Positions 48,739-57,780 of a DNA stretch of 64,000 bases are shown piece after piece (the stretch's first letter is position 1; each line of letters begins with the position of its first letter). A program made the position numbers and the translations under genes. Source of the stretch: Firmicutes bacterium UBA5766 (GTDB lineage: Bacteria; Bacillota; Desulfotomaculia; Desulfotomaculales; Nap2-2B); NCBI GenBank assembly GCA_002418775.1, contig DIEU01000033.1, forward strand, positions 125 to 64,124. The letters run 5' to 3'. Under the pieces are notes generated by a model. That model was not told where the DNA came from. It made no database searches and worked only from the letters and a program-made list of their open reading frames with translations.

Positions 48739-50055
48739 TTGCGCGGGATACTTATCTGGTGGCTGCCGCTTAACATTGCGGCAGCGGCCTTACTGATCTT
48801 ATGGAAACCTTCAATCTGGCATTGTGCGATTGTCCTGCTCATATCCAATATTCTAACAGCAATAGGGATGGACAGGTTTGTTTACAGGCAGAAGCTTCAA
48901 GATATCATGCTGGAGAAAAGCCTTGTCGACCTCACGCTCCAGATCGCCAATGAAACTCTGCCTTTTTTAAGGCGAGGCTTAAGTGAAGAAACGGCTGCTC
49001 AAACGGCGGCTATAATAAAAGAGATCTCTCAGGTTGCGGCAGTAGCGATCACCGACAGAGAGAAAATACTTGCCTATATCGGTTCGGGAGACGATCATCA
49101 TCAAGCGGGAGGACCTATTCTTACAGAGGCCACCAAAGCCGTTTTATACAGCGGAGAGTTAAAAATATTGGATAACCCACATGATTTAAAATGTCCTTTT
49201 CCAAACTGCCCTTTAGAGTCCGCCGTAATCGCTCCCTTGAAATGCAACGGAAAAGTAACCGGGGCATTAAAACTATACCAGTCAAAACCCGGCAAAGTAC
49301 CGGAAGGAATAGTGAAACTGGCTGTCGGGCTGGCTCATTTATTTGGAATGCAGATGGAGTTGGCGGAACTGAACCGGCAGACCCAACTGGTTACCAAGGC
49401 GGAACTGGAAGCTCTTCAGGCGCAAATTAACCCTCATTTTCTGTTTAATACTTTGAATACTATTATCATGTTTATCCGGACGAATCCCGAAACTGCCAGA
49501 CGCCTGTTGATCCGGCTGGCCAGTTTTTTTCGTTATGCGCTTAAAAGAAGAGGACATTTCAACAGCCTGAAAGAAGAGATTGAGTATTTGAATACGTATC
49601 TTATTCTGGAAAAGGCGCGATTCGGTGAGAAACTGCAGATAATGAAAGATATCGACGATACTCTTTTATCCTGCGAGGTACCTGTGCTTACCATTCAACC
49701 GCTGGCCGAAAACGCAATCAAGCATGGTATATTACCCAAGTTAGGCAAAGGAACAGTTAAAATTGCCGCCAGTCTTGCAGACGGGGAAATCTTATTTGAA
49801 GTAAATGATGACGGTGTGGGAATTCAACCGGAAAGGCTGCCTGAAATTCTTAAGCCTGGCGTAGGTTCGGGAAACGGCGTCGGCCTCAGTAATGTAAACG
49901 AACGCTTGAAGAGCTTGTTTGGTGAAGATTACGGCCTAAAAATAAAAAGCGCCCCCGGAGTGGGGACATCTGTTTTTTTCCGGGTTCCACTGGATCTTAA
50001 GCATGTGGACGGGGAGGAGAATAAAAATGAAATTGAAAGCTCTGATCGTGGATGA
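48739..50055 (+). CDS. LytS/YehU-type sensor histidine kinase (two N-terminal TM helices, GAF-like region, His_kinase and HATPase domains)
   Basis: QINPHFLFNTLNTI (phospho-acceptor region), ENAIKHG (N box) and GVGLSNV (G box). Confidence 0.85.
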   Translation: MRGILIWWLPLNIAAAALLILWKPSIWHCAIVLLISNILTAIGMDRFVYRQKLQDIMLEKSLVDLTLQIANETLPFLRRGLSEETAAQTAAIIKEISQVAAVAITDREKILAYIGSGDDHHQAGGPILTEATKAVLYSGELKILDNPHDLKCPFPNCPLESAVIAPLKCNGKVTGALKLYQSKPGKVPEGIVKLAVGLAHLFGMQMELAELNRQTQLVTKAELEALQAQINPHFLFNTLNTIIMFIRTNPETARRLLIRLASFFRYALKRRGHFNSLKEEIEYLNTYLILEKARFGEKLQIMKDIDDTLLSCEVPVLTIQPLAENAIKHGILPKLGKGTVKIAASLADGEILFEVNDDGVGIQPERLPEILKPGVGSGNGVGLSNVNERLKSLFGEDYGLKIKSAPGVGTSVFFRVPLDLKHVDGEENKNEIESSDRG

Positions 50056-50827
50056 CGAGTACCCGGCTCGGCAGGAATTGCGTTTTGCTTTGAAGAACTT
50101 TGACAACATTGAAGTTATCGGCGAGGCCGCCAACGCGCAAGAAGCGCTTGTATTAATAAAAGCGCTGGATTACCAGGTTTTGTTTCTTGATATTTCCATG
50201 CCCGGAATGAGCGGTATGGAATTGGGAGCGGCGATTCAGGAACTTCCCTGCAAGCCGTTCGTTATTTTTGTTACCGCTTATGATGAATATGCCGTGAAAG
50301 CCTTTGACATCAACGCTGTCGATTATCTTTTAAAACCTGTGGAAATCAGCCGCTTAAAGAAAGCCATTGACAAAGTTCTGAAGTTGGTCGGTGATTCAGG
50401 AGCAGCAAACCTGGAAAATCAAGAAATTGAGGAAGCGGAAACGCCCGGCGGCGATAACCAGGCAGACATAAACCTTGATTTGGAGCAGATCAAAATTGAC
50501 CGTATACCTGCTGAAAAGAAAGGCAAAACAGTCCTGGTGCCTGAGTCGGATCTCGTTTTTGCCTTTACGGAAAAGGATTACGTCTACTTAAAGATCTTTG
50601 ATGAAAAACTTTTTGTAAGATTTACTTTAAAGGAACTCGAAAAACGTTTAGATCCGAAAGTGTTTTTCAGAACCCACCGGTGTTACCTGGTCAACCTGCA
50701 TAAAGTAAAAGAAATAGTCCCTTTCTTTAACGGAACATATAACCTTGTAGTGGACGATAAGGAAAAAAGCGAAGTCCCTGTAAGCCGTGCGCAGGCAAAA
50801 AAACTTAAGAGAATTATCGGGTTTTAA
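50027..50827 (+). CDS. LytR/AlgR-family response regulator (REC plus LytTR DNA-binding domain)
   Basis: MKLKALIVDDE receiver N-terminus and the LytTR motif FFRTHRCYLVNL. ATG at 50027 overlaps the kinase gene by 29 nt. Confidence 0.9.
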   Translation: MKLKALIVDDEYPARQELRFALKNFDNIEVIGEAANAQEALVLIKALDYQVLFLDISMPGMSGMELGAAIQELPCKPFVIFVTAYDEYAVKAFDINAVDYLLKPVEISRLKKAIDKVLKLVGDSGAANLENQEIEEAETPGGDNQADINLDLEQIKIDRIPAEKKGKTVLVPESDLVFAFTEKDYVYLKIFDEKLFVRFTLKELEKRLDPKVFFRTHRCYLVNLHKVKEIVPFFNGTYNLVVDDKEKSEVPVSRAQAKKLKRIIGF

Positions 50828-50845
50828 AGAAAATAAAAGGCGGGT

Positions 50846-51232
50846 TTGCCATTGGTAAAAGGAATCGGCACTGATATAATTGAAATCAAACGGCTGCGTT
50901 TGTTAGCTGAAAAATATCCTGGCAAGTTTCAAAATAAAATATTTACACAGAATGAAGTGGCTTACTGCAGTTTGCGCAAGGATCCCTTTCCGTCTTTTGC
51001 AGCCCGTTTTGCCGCCAAAGAAGCCGTTTTAAAAGCATTGGGGACAGGACTGGCTTTTGGCATAGGTTGGCGGGATGTCGAGATAGTAACAGAAAAAGAT
51101 AATGGGCCAAAAGTATCTTTGCATAATAAGGCAGTTGAAATCGCCGGAGAAAAAGGAATCAGCAAAGTAATGATCAGCATTTCCCACGATCAGGACAAAG
51201 CATTGGCATTTGCTCTGGCTTTAGGAGGCTAA
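50846..51232 (+). CDS. acpS: Holo-[acyl-carrier-protein] synthase
   Basis: GIGTDIIEIKR, FAAKEAVLKALG and ISISHD. TTG start; 50852 is also possible. Confidence 0.9.
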   Translation: MPLVKGIGTDIIEIKRLRLLAEKYPGKFQNKIFTQNEVAYCSLRKDPFPSFAARFAAKEAVLKALGTGLAFGIGWRDVEIVTEKDNGPKVSLHNKAVEIAGEKGISKVMISISHDQDKALAFALALGG

Positions 51233-51233
51233 A

Positions 51234-52787
51234 ATGAAAGTAGTCAGCGCCGCGGAAATGAGAGAACTGGATCGCACTACTATAGAAGATTATGGGATAC
51301 CCGGTGTTGTTCTGATGGAGAACGCCGGTTTCCAGGTAATCCAAGTTATCCGGGAGTTGCTTCCCGGTATAGAAAATAAGAATGTCTGCGTATTTTCAGG
51401 TAAAGGAAACAATGGCGGTGACGGTTTTGTCGTTGCCCGGCATTTGTACAACTTAAAAGCCGGTGTAAAGGTTTTTCTTTTAGCTAAAAAAGAAGAAATC
51501 TCCGGTGACGCAAAAACAAATATGTCTATCTGGGAGAATATGGGCCAAAGGATAGAAGTAATAGATCAAAATTTCCGTTTCGATGATTTGCATGCGGACC
51601 TTGCAGGAAGCGATCTCATTATAGACGCTATTTTTGGCACTGGTTTCAGAGGGATTCCGGGCCAGCCGGCCGCCGGTGTAATTGAGCAGGTTAACCGCAG
51701 CGGGAAGCCGGTAGTGGCTGTAGATATACCCTCCGGATTACAGGCGGACAGCGGCCTTATTGAAGGACTTTGCGTTAAGGCATCCTGTACAGTTACCTTC
51801 GGCCTGCCCAAGCTGGGGCTGGTCCAGGAACCTGGCGCAAGCTATACTGGAAAACTACATGTAGCAGACATTTCCATACCGGCGTTTCTTTATAATAACG
51901 AATCCTTAAAGAGACAGTTGTTAACCAGGGACTTGGTCCGCGGCTGGTTTCAGCCGCGCCGGCCCGCCTCCAACAAAGGTGATTACGGACGGGTACTTAT
52001 TGTCGCCGGGTCGAGGGGCATGACCGGCGCCGCCTGTCTGGCGGCCCTGAGCGCAGCGCGGACGGGTGCGGGACTGGTTACCCTGGCGGTTCCGTCCGGA
52101 GTGCAAAAGCTTGCCGCTTCAAAACTAACTGAAATCATGACTGTCGCTTTGCCGGAAAGTTCCGAACAGACAATCGGCAGCGGAGCTTTGGATGAAATTC
52201 TTACCCTTGCGCAGCGCTTTGATGTTATCGCAATCGGACCCGGTATCACCACACATCCCGAGACAGTTGCTTTCATAAGAAAGATTATACCCGTGTTAAA
52301 CATACCGTGTGTATTGGACGCGGATGGTTTAAATTGCCTTGCAGGTCACACGGAGGTGTTCAAACTAACGTCAGCGCCGCTTGTCTTAACCCCTCACCCG
52401 GGCGAGATGGGCAGGCTTACAGAAAATACTGCAGCGCAAATCCAGAAGCGTCGTTTAGAGATAACGGAAAAAGCGGCTAAAGACTGGGGAGTCGTTTTAT
52501 TGTTGAAGGGCGCGTCAACTATAGTCGCAGCTCCCGATTCCAGGGTTTATATCAATACAACAGGAAACCCCGGTATGGCTACAGGCGGCGCAGGCGATGT
52601 CCTTACCGGAATCATTGCCGGGTTGATCGCCCAGGGGTTAAGCCCGTTTGACGCAGCAGGAGCGGGGGCTTACCTTCACGGTTTGGCCGGTGATCTTGCG
52701 GCTGGGCAAAAAGGCTGCCGCGGTCTTGTGGCCGGTGATATTCTGGACTATTTACCGGACGCTATTTTAGAAACTGAAAGCAATTAA
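51234..52787 (+). CDS. nnr: Bifunctional NAD(P)H-hydrate repair enzyme Nnr (epimerase plus ADP-dependent dehydratase)
   Basis: YjeF_N part GKGNNGGDG and the kinase-like part GGAGDVLTG. 517 aa. Confidence 0.9.
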   Translation: MKVVSAAEMRELDRTTIEDYGIPGVVLMENAGFQVIQVIRELLPGIENKNVCVFSGKGNNGGDGFVVARHLYNLKAGVKVFLLAKKEEISGDAKTNMSIWENMGQRIEVIDQNFRFDDLHADLAGSDLIIDAIFGTGFRGIPGQPAAGVIEQVNRSGKPVVAVDIPSGLQADSGLIEGLCVKASCTVTFGLPKLGLVQEPGASYTGKLHVADISIPAFLYNNESLKRQLLTRDLVRGWFQPRRPASNKGDYGRVLIVAGSRGMTGAACLAALSAARTGAGLVTLAVPSGVQKLAASKLTEIMTVALPESSEQTIGSGALDEILTLAQRFDVIAIGPGITTHPETVAFIRKIIPVLNIPCVLDADGLNCLAGHTEVFKLTSAPLVLTPHPGEMGRLTENTAAQIQKRRLEITEKAAKDWGVVLLLKGASTIVAAPDSRVYINTTGNPGMATGGAGDVLTGIIAGLIAQGLSPFDAAGAGAYLHGLAGDLAAGQKGCRGLVAGDILDYLPDAILETESN

Positions 52788-52854
52788 CGGCAGGTGACTG
52801 ATCCTGGAAGTCCCGGTTTGGGCTGAAATAGATCTTGGCGCCATCGCGCAGAAT

Positions 52855-53934
52855 ATGCGGGAAATACGTAAAATTGTTTCCCCAAAACCGGAAATTATGG
52901 CCGTGGTAAAAGCAAACGCATATGGACACGGCGCTTTGGAGACGGCAAAAGTTGTTCTGGCTAACGGGGCAACAAGCCTGGCGGTTGCTAGGGTTGAAGA
53001 AGCAAAAGAATTAAGAAAAGCGGGGATTGACGCCCCGGTTTTACTTCTTGGGTATACACCAGGCGCCCAGTTTAAAGAGGTATTGGATTTAAATCTGATC
53101 CAGACAGTATACAACCTGGAGATGGCCGAAGCCCTAAACAGTATTGCGGAACGCTCAGGCAGGCAGGCTAAGGTTCATATTAAAATTGATACCGGCATGG
53201 GGCGTCTGGGTCTAACACCGGGGAAACCCGCCCTCGAAGATGTCCTTAAAACCGCAAGGCTTCATCATTTAAATTTAGAGGGGATTTTTACACATTTTGC
53301 TGCAGCCGACAGCGCGGATAAAACATTCGCGCTCGCGCAGCTTGAACTGTTCATTTCTTTTCTGGAAGAACTTCGCCAAGCGGGGCTGGAGTTTCCTCTC
53401 CGTCATTGCGCCAACAGCGCCGCCCTGCTTGATCTCCCGCAGACTTGTTTAAACCTGGTCAGACCTGGTATTGTCATTTACGGTTTGTATCCTTCCAACG
53501 AAATCCGGAACTCACTAAATCTAAAACCGGCCATGTCTTTTAAAACAAGAATAGCGCAAATCAAGAAAGTACCCGCAGGATTTAAAATAAGCTACGGATC
53601 GACCTACCAGACTCCACAGCCGACTGTCATCGCCGTGATTTCTGCAGGTTACGCAGACGGCTACAGCAGGCTTTTATCTTCCAGAGGAAGTGTGCTTATC
53701 AAAGGACAAAGGGCGAAAGTTGTCGGGCGTGTTTGCATGGACCAATGTATGGTTGATGTCGGGCATATCAATGATGTATCTCCCGGTGACGAAGTAGTGC
53801 TATTCGGGTCCTGCGGAGAAGAAACCATCCCTGTTGAAGAAATTGCCAAACTGACAGGAACGATCAGTTATGAAATTGTCTGTTTGGTCAACAGCCGCGT
53901 GCCGCGTTTTTATTTTAACCGAAAAGAGCAATAG
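52855..53934 (+). CDS. alr: Alanine racemase (conserved N-terminal homology continues upstream to about 52798 without an ATG/GTG/TTG)
   Basis: PLP lysine in VVKANAYGHG and the C-terminal SYEIVC. The upstream in-frame codons read LILEVPVWAEIDLGAIAQN, the usual Alr N-terminus. Confidence 0.85.
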   Translation: MREIRKIVSPKPEIMAVVKANAYGHGALETAKVVLANGATSLAVARVEEAKELRKAGIDAPVLLLGYTPGAQFKEVLDLNLIQTVYNLEMAEALNSIAERSGRQAKVHIKIDTGMGRLGLTPGKPALEDVLKTARLHHLNLEGIFTHFAAADSADKTFALAQLELFISFLEELRQAGLEFPLRHCANSAALLDLPQTCLNLVRPGIVIYGLYPSNEIRNSLNLKPAMSFKTRIAQIKKVPAGFKISYGSTYQTPQPTVIAVISAGYADGYSRLLSSRGSVLIKGQRAKVVGRVCMDQCMVDVGHINDVSPGDEVVLFGSCGEETIPVEEIAKLTGTISYEIVCLVNSRVPRFYFNRKEQ

Positions 53935-54087
53935 AAAAATTTTGGCTGCGAAAGAAGGAATTATTTGCTGAATGACGAAAACTATGGCAAGTAGATTTTA
54001 TGATAAGTAGGTTTTTAATTTTTAGAATATACGTAATGTAAATAAAAGTCCGGGTTCAGATACAAATATAGGAACTGGAAATAGACA

Positions 54088-54558
54088 ATGTCTGCAATAT
54101 TGACAAGAGAATTAACCGCTTTACTGGTACAGGCTTTGCCGGAAAGCATAGTCTTTGCAATGGTAGTATTTAGTTTTCTCTGTTTGAGATTTGATTTAAA
54201 AAAGATAGCCACAATTGCAATGCTTCAAAGTCTGACAAATTTAGTGAGTTTGTTACCCATTGCTTTTGGTGTGCATACCGTAGTTCTTGTAATTTCTCTG
54301 GCTTTTTATGTTCACTTGATGACGAAAATGCATCTGAGCAGGGTTTTCATGGCGGTATTTTTTACCTTTGTGGCTACTGGTTTAATAGAAATGATTTATT
54401 CAATGCCCCTATTAAAGATAACAGGCAGGACCTATCAAGAAGTTTTCACAAGCCCTGTACTCAGGGAAGTATATAGCATTCCCTGCCAGTTAGTTTTGCT
54501 GGCTGTAGCTCTGGGTAAAAATTATTACAACCACCAGCGGGGGAAAATTTCAGCATAA
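54088..54558 (+). CDS. Polytopic membrane protein of unknown function, upstream of agrB
   Basis: 156 aa with four or five hydrophobic segments and no soluble domain. A 15-nt gap separates it from agrB on the same strand. Confidence 0.6.
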   Translation: MSAILTRELTALLVQALPESIVFAMVVFSFLCLRFDLKKIATIAMLQSLTNLVSLLPIAFGVHTVVLVISLAFYVHLMTKMHLSRVFMAVFFTFVATGLIEMIYSMPLLKITGRTYQEVFTSPVLREVYSIPCQLVLLAVALGKNYYNHQRGKISA

Positions 54559-54573
54559 GGGAGTGCAAACTAT

Positions 54574-55200
54574 TTGTTTAAAGTCGATCTCCCCAGATCT
54601 GCGGCAGTTTTCTTAAAGGACAGGCTGGGTTTAAGCAGGGATGAAGAAGAAGTCGCTGCTTACAGCCTGGAGATGATTATCTACGGCGGCACGGGTATTC
54701 TTATGGTGTGCATCGCAGGATGGCTGCTCAAGTGTCTGACTGTTACTTTAATAGTTCTAATTGTAGGTATTTTGCTGCGCTCTTTCTCCGGCGGCGCTCA
54801 CAGCTCTTCTCCATATATTTGCATTTTAGTCAGTACAATAGTGGTTTCGATTTTAGGAAAGCTGGCCGTTATAGCAGCGCCTTATTTTTCATATTCTGCG
54901 CTGGTTCTGGTAGTTGCCGGAGGTTTTATAGTATCTTTAGCCGTGGTATGGCGGTTAGCCCCGGTGGAGTCGCCCAAAAAGCCCATTTCTTCTGAGAAAC
55001 ATAGGCGGCAATTGCGTTTACTATCAATGGTTTTTGTCTTCTTGGCGGTTTCTGTTCAGGTATCCCTTCTATTATTGAGTCCGCTTATCCATGTCACAGC
55101 GGCAATCATCCTGGCTATTGAGGCGGGACTTTTATGGCAAATCTTTTCCATGACTCAAGCAGGTCATCGTTTCGCAGTAACAATAGACAGTATATTTTAA
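54574..55200 (+). CDS. agrB: Accessory gene regulator B (AgrB) family membrane endopeptidase
   Basis: LLRSFSGGAHSSSPYICILVST has His and Cys seven residues apart, as in the catalytic pair of AgrB. It is polytopic. TTG start follows AAGGGAG. Confidence 0.8.
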   Translation: MFKVDLPRSAAVFLKDRLGLSRDEEEVAAYSLEMIIYGGTGILMVCIAGWLLKCLTVTLIVLIVGILLRSFSGGAHSSSPYICILVSTIVVSILGKLAVIAAPYFSYSALVLVVAGGFIVSLAVVWRLAPVESPKKPISSEKHRRQLRLLSMVFVFLAVSVQVSLLLLSPLIHVTAAIILAIEAGLLWQIFSMTQAGHRFAVTIDSIF

Positions 55201-55221
55201 ACGAAAGGGGGTGTAAAAATA

Positions 55222-55353
55222 ATGAAAAAGATTTCCTACTTTATCTTTTCATCCTTGTTCAGTGTTCTGGTCCTTTTGGCTGCATTTAGTGTTAAGCCTA
55301 CCTGCGCTTTTTTTTGGTATCAGCCTGAGCTGCCAAAAACCCTAAGAAAATAG
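55222..55353 (+). CDS. agrD: AgrD-like autoinducing-peptide precursor (43 aa, not in the ORF track)
   Basis: MKKISYFIFSSLFSVLVLLAAFSVKPTCAFFWYQPELPKTLRK. It has a hydrophobic leader, a single Cys followed by 4 residues (CAFFW), and a P-E-L-P-K tail. RBS AAAGGGGG is present. Confidence 0.75.
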   Translation: MKKISYFIFSSLFSVLVLLAAFSVKPTCAFFWYQPELPKTLRK

Positions 55354-55377
55354 ATGAGCTTATAAAGTGCTTATAAA

Positions 55378-55401
55378 GGGGGGAATACCCCCCACTTTTT
55401 T
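55378..55401 (+). terminator. Rho-independent terminator after agrD
   Basis: GGGGGG (55378-55383), loop AATA, CCCCCC (55388-55393), then T6. Confidence 0.8.
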
Positions 55402-55423
55402 ATGCGGAGACAGGTGACATCAA

Positions 55424-57061
55424 ATGGCGGAAAAAATACACCCGCTGGTAAATAGAAAAGAAGAGCTTGCCGAACATATCCTTGTCTCTCATATTACCAG
55501 TGTACTGGTTGTTTTTCTGGCTATTATAGCGCTGAATGTTAACTTTAAACTTGGCCAGGCGGTCACAGGCACCCTTTATTATTATGGCACAATAGTTTTA
55601 TTCTTATTGGTTGCTGTCATACCGTATTTGTCAAAAAAGTTCAGCTCAAAGCCTTGGACAGGCGAAGCCCTTTTATTGACTATTTTATTTCCCTTGATTA
55701 TGGTACTGATTTATCTGACAAAGGGCTTTGACGGTTCCAAGGTGCTTCTTTTTGTACCGGTGGTTATTGCAGCCGGCAGCTACGGTAAGCCCATAGGTGT
55801 CCTAAGCGCATTAATAGCCAGTACAGCAATCTTTGTCCTCGATATGAGACAGTTTTTTACTAATCCCGTTTCTCCTGCTTTCCAGATTGACTTAATTTAT
55901 ATGGGTATACTTGTTACTATAGCCTGGTTGATTGGTGGCCTGACGGACATTGAGAGACGCACCCATCTTCAGCTCCTCTCACTTGCCAATACTGACACCC
56001 TTACCGGATTTATCAACCACCGGCATTTTTATGAAAAGCTGACTGAAGAGTTGGAAATTGCACGGGTCAACTCTAAACCTGTATCCCTGATTATGATCGA
56101 TATAAATTACTTTAAATTTTTCAACGACATCTATGGTTATCAAAAAGGAGATCTGGTTATTGTAGAAATCGGCAGGATTCTTGAAGGCCTGATCTCGCCG
56201 CCATCTTTCGTAGCCCGTTACGGGGGAGACGAGTTTGTCTTAGTACTGCCGGGTTTAAACAGACTGGAGGCCCTGCATAAAGCAGGCGAGATTGAAGAGA
56301 CGATAAAAAATTACTCTATTGAAGGCGATCATACCCAGCCGGGGGGAAAAATAACTGTCTCTTTAGGCATGGCCTGTTTCCCCGAAGATGGAAAAAAACC
56401 AAGGGATTTGGTCAAAGCGGCAGACGACGCCTGTTACCAGTCCAAACACAGCCGCAGCCGGATCTGTTTTTCCGTCATCGACCAATTATATTCACTCAGC
56501 CAGCCGGAAAAGGATTTGTTTGATTGTTTTAAAGCGCTTTTAACAGTTATCAACGTCAAGGACAGGTATACATTTGCCCATTCGGAAAGGGTAATGGCCT
56601 ATGCTCTGGCCGTGGCTGAACGAATAGACCTGCCTGAAGAGCAGAAAACGGAACTCAGGTACGGCGCTTACCTTCATGATATAGGCAAGGTTGATATAGA
56701 TGCCGGTATCCTGAATAAAAACGGTCCTTTGCTGGATGAAGAATGGGAAATCACCAAAAAGCATCCCGTCTGGGGAAGCGATATTGTCAGGCCTTTATTG
56801 TCACTTGAGGGCCTGGTGTCGCTGGTCAGACATCATCACGAGAATTATGACGGCACCGGCTACCCTGATGGTCTAACAGGTAAAAACATTCCCCTTTCCG
56901 CCAGGATAATGCGCATCGCAGACAGTTTTGACGCGATGACAACAGACAGGCCATACCGTAAGGGCATGACACATGAAGAAGCTATTGAGGAACTTAAAAA
57001 ATATTCGGGTAAGACGTATGATCCTATATTGGTAGAAGCTTTTATAAATACAGTAAAATAA
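55424..57061 (+). CDS. Membrane-anchored GGDEF (diguanylate cyclase) plus HD-GYP (c-di-GMP phosphodiesterase) protein
   Basis: About 180 aa of multi-TM N-terminus. The GGDEF site is ARYGGDEFVLV. The HD-GYP domain carries YLHDIGK and HHENYDGTGYPDGL. Confidence 0.9.
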   Translation: MAEKIHPLVNRKEELAEHILVSHITSVLVVFLAIIALNVNFKLGQAVTGTLYYYGTIVLFLLVAVIPYLSKKFSSKPWTGEALLLTILFPLIMVLIYLTKGFDGSKVLLFVPVVIAAGSYGKPIGVLSALIASTAIFVLDMRQFFTNPVSPAFQIDLIYMGILVTIAWLIGGLTDIERRTHLQLLSLANTDTLTGFINHRHFYEKLTEELEIARVNSKPVSLIMIDINYFKFFNDIYGYQKGDLVIVEIGRILEGLISPPSFVARYGGDEFVLVLPGLNRLEALHKAGEIEETIKNYSIEGDHTQPGGKITVSLGMACFPEDGKKPRDLVKAADDACYQSKHSRSRICFSVIDQLYSLSQPEKDLFDCFKALLTVINVKDRYTFAHSERVMAYALAVAERIDLPEEQKTELRYGAYLHDIGKVDIDAGILNKNGPLLDEEWEITKKHPVWGSDIVRPLLSLEGLVSLVRHHHENYDGTGYPDGLTGKNIPLSARIMRIADSFDAMTTDRPYRKGMTHEEAIEELKKYSGKTYDPILVEAFINTVK

Positions 57062-57099
57062 AAAAGCGCGGCTTGCTTTTCTTAGGAACGTCTTCGCAG

Positions 57100-57123
57100 C
57101 CGGTTTAAAAGCCGGTATTTTTT
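57100..57123 (+). terminator. Rho-independent terminator after the GGDEF/HD-GYP gene
   Basis: CCGGTTT/AAGCCGG hairpin (57100-57115) followed by a T-run (57118-57123). Confidence 0.55.
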
Positions 57124-57172
57124 ATGTATAATATATGTTCTGATATTATATGTTCTGAGAGGAGTAATATTT

Positions 57173-57673
57173 GTGGAACGTATCTGGGCGCCGTGGAGGA
57201 CTGTTTATGTAGGCGGTAAACAGGATGAAGGCTGTATTTTTTGTGAGAAGATTCAGTCTGATCAATCCTATGATGAAAAGAACTACCTGTTACTAAGATA
57301 CGATCAAGCGTTTGCCTTGCTGAATTTATATCCGTACAGCAACGGACACATTATGGTCGCGCCTGCAAAACATATCGGAGACCTTGCCGGATTAACAGAG
57401 AATGAATTTCTCCAAATAGGCAGGGTGACAAAGTATATGGTTGAGCTGTTGAAAAAAGTCTTTAATCCCGACGGCTTTAATATAGGGGCCAACTTGGGCA
57501 AAGTAGCCGGAGCAGGCATACCCGGCCATATTCACGTCCACATAGTGCCGCGCTGGAATGGTGACACAAACTTTATGAGCGTTGTGGGGGATGTCAGGGT
57601 TATCTCCGAAGCGCTTGAAACAACATACAAAAAACTCAGCGCAGCAATGGAAGCTATCAAATTCCCAGGATAA
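57173..57673 (+). CDS. HIT-family nucleotide hydrolase/transferase
   Basis: Histidine triad GHIHVHIVPRW. The N-terminus is WAPWR ... CIFC. GTG start. Confidence 0.85.
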   Translation: MERIWAPWRTVYVGGKQDEGCIFCEKIQSDQSYDEKNYLLLRYDQAFALLNLYPYSNGHIMVAPAKHIGDLAGLTENEFLQIGRVTKYMVELLKKVFNPDGFNIGANLGKVAGAGIPGHIHVHIVPRWNGDTNFMSVVGDVRVISEALETTYKKLSAAMEAIKFPG

Positions 57674-57711
57674 AAAATGGTTGAAAAACTGACAGCTTGA
57701 GCTTGAACAGT

Positions 57712-57740
57712 CTTGTTGGAGAATTATAAAGGTGCTATAA
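57712..57740 (+). promoter_or_regulatory. Sigma-A-type promoter for the MoxR/VWA pair
   Basis: TTGTTG, a 17-nt spacer, then TATAAT, located upstream of GTG 57781. Confidence 0.45.
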
Positions 57741-57780
57741 TGTTCCAGAGCAAGATTAAGAACATCAAGGGGGATTTTTT

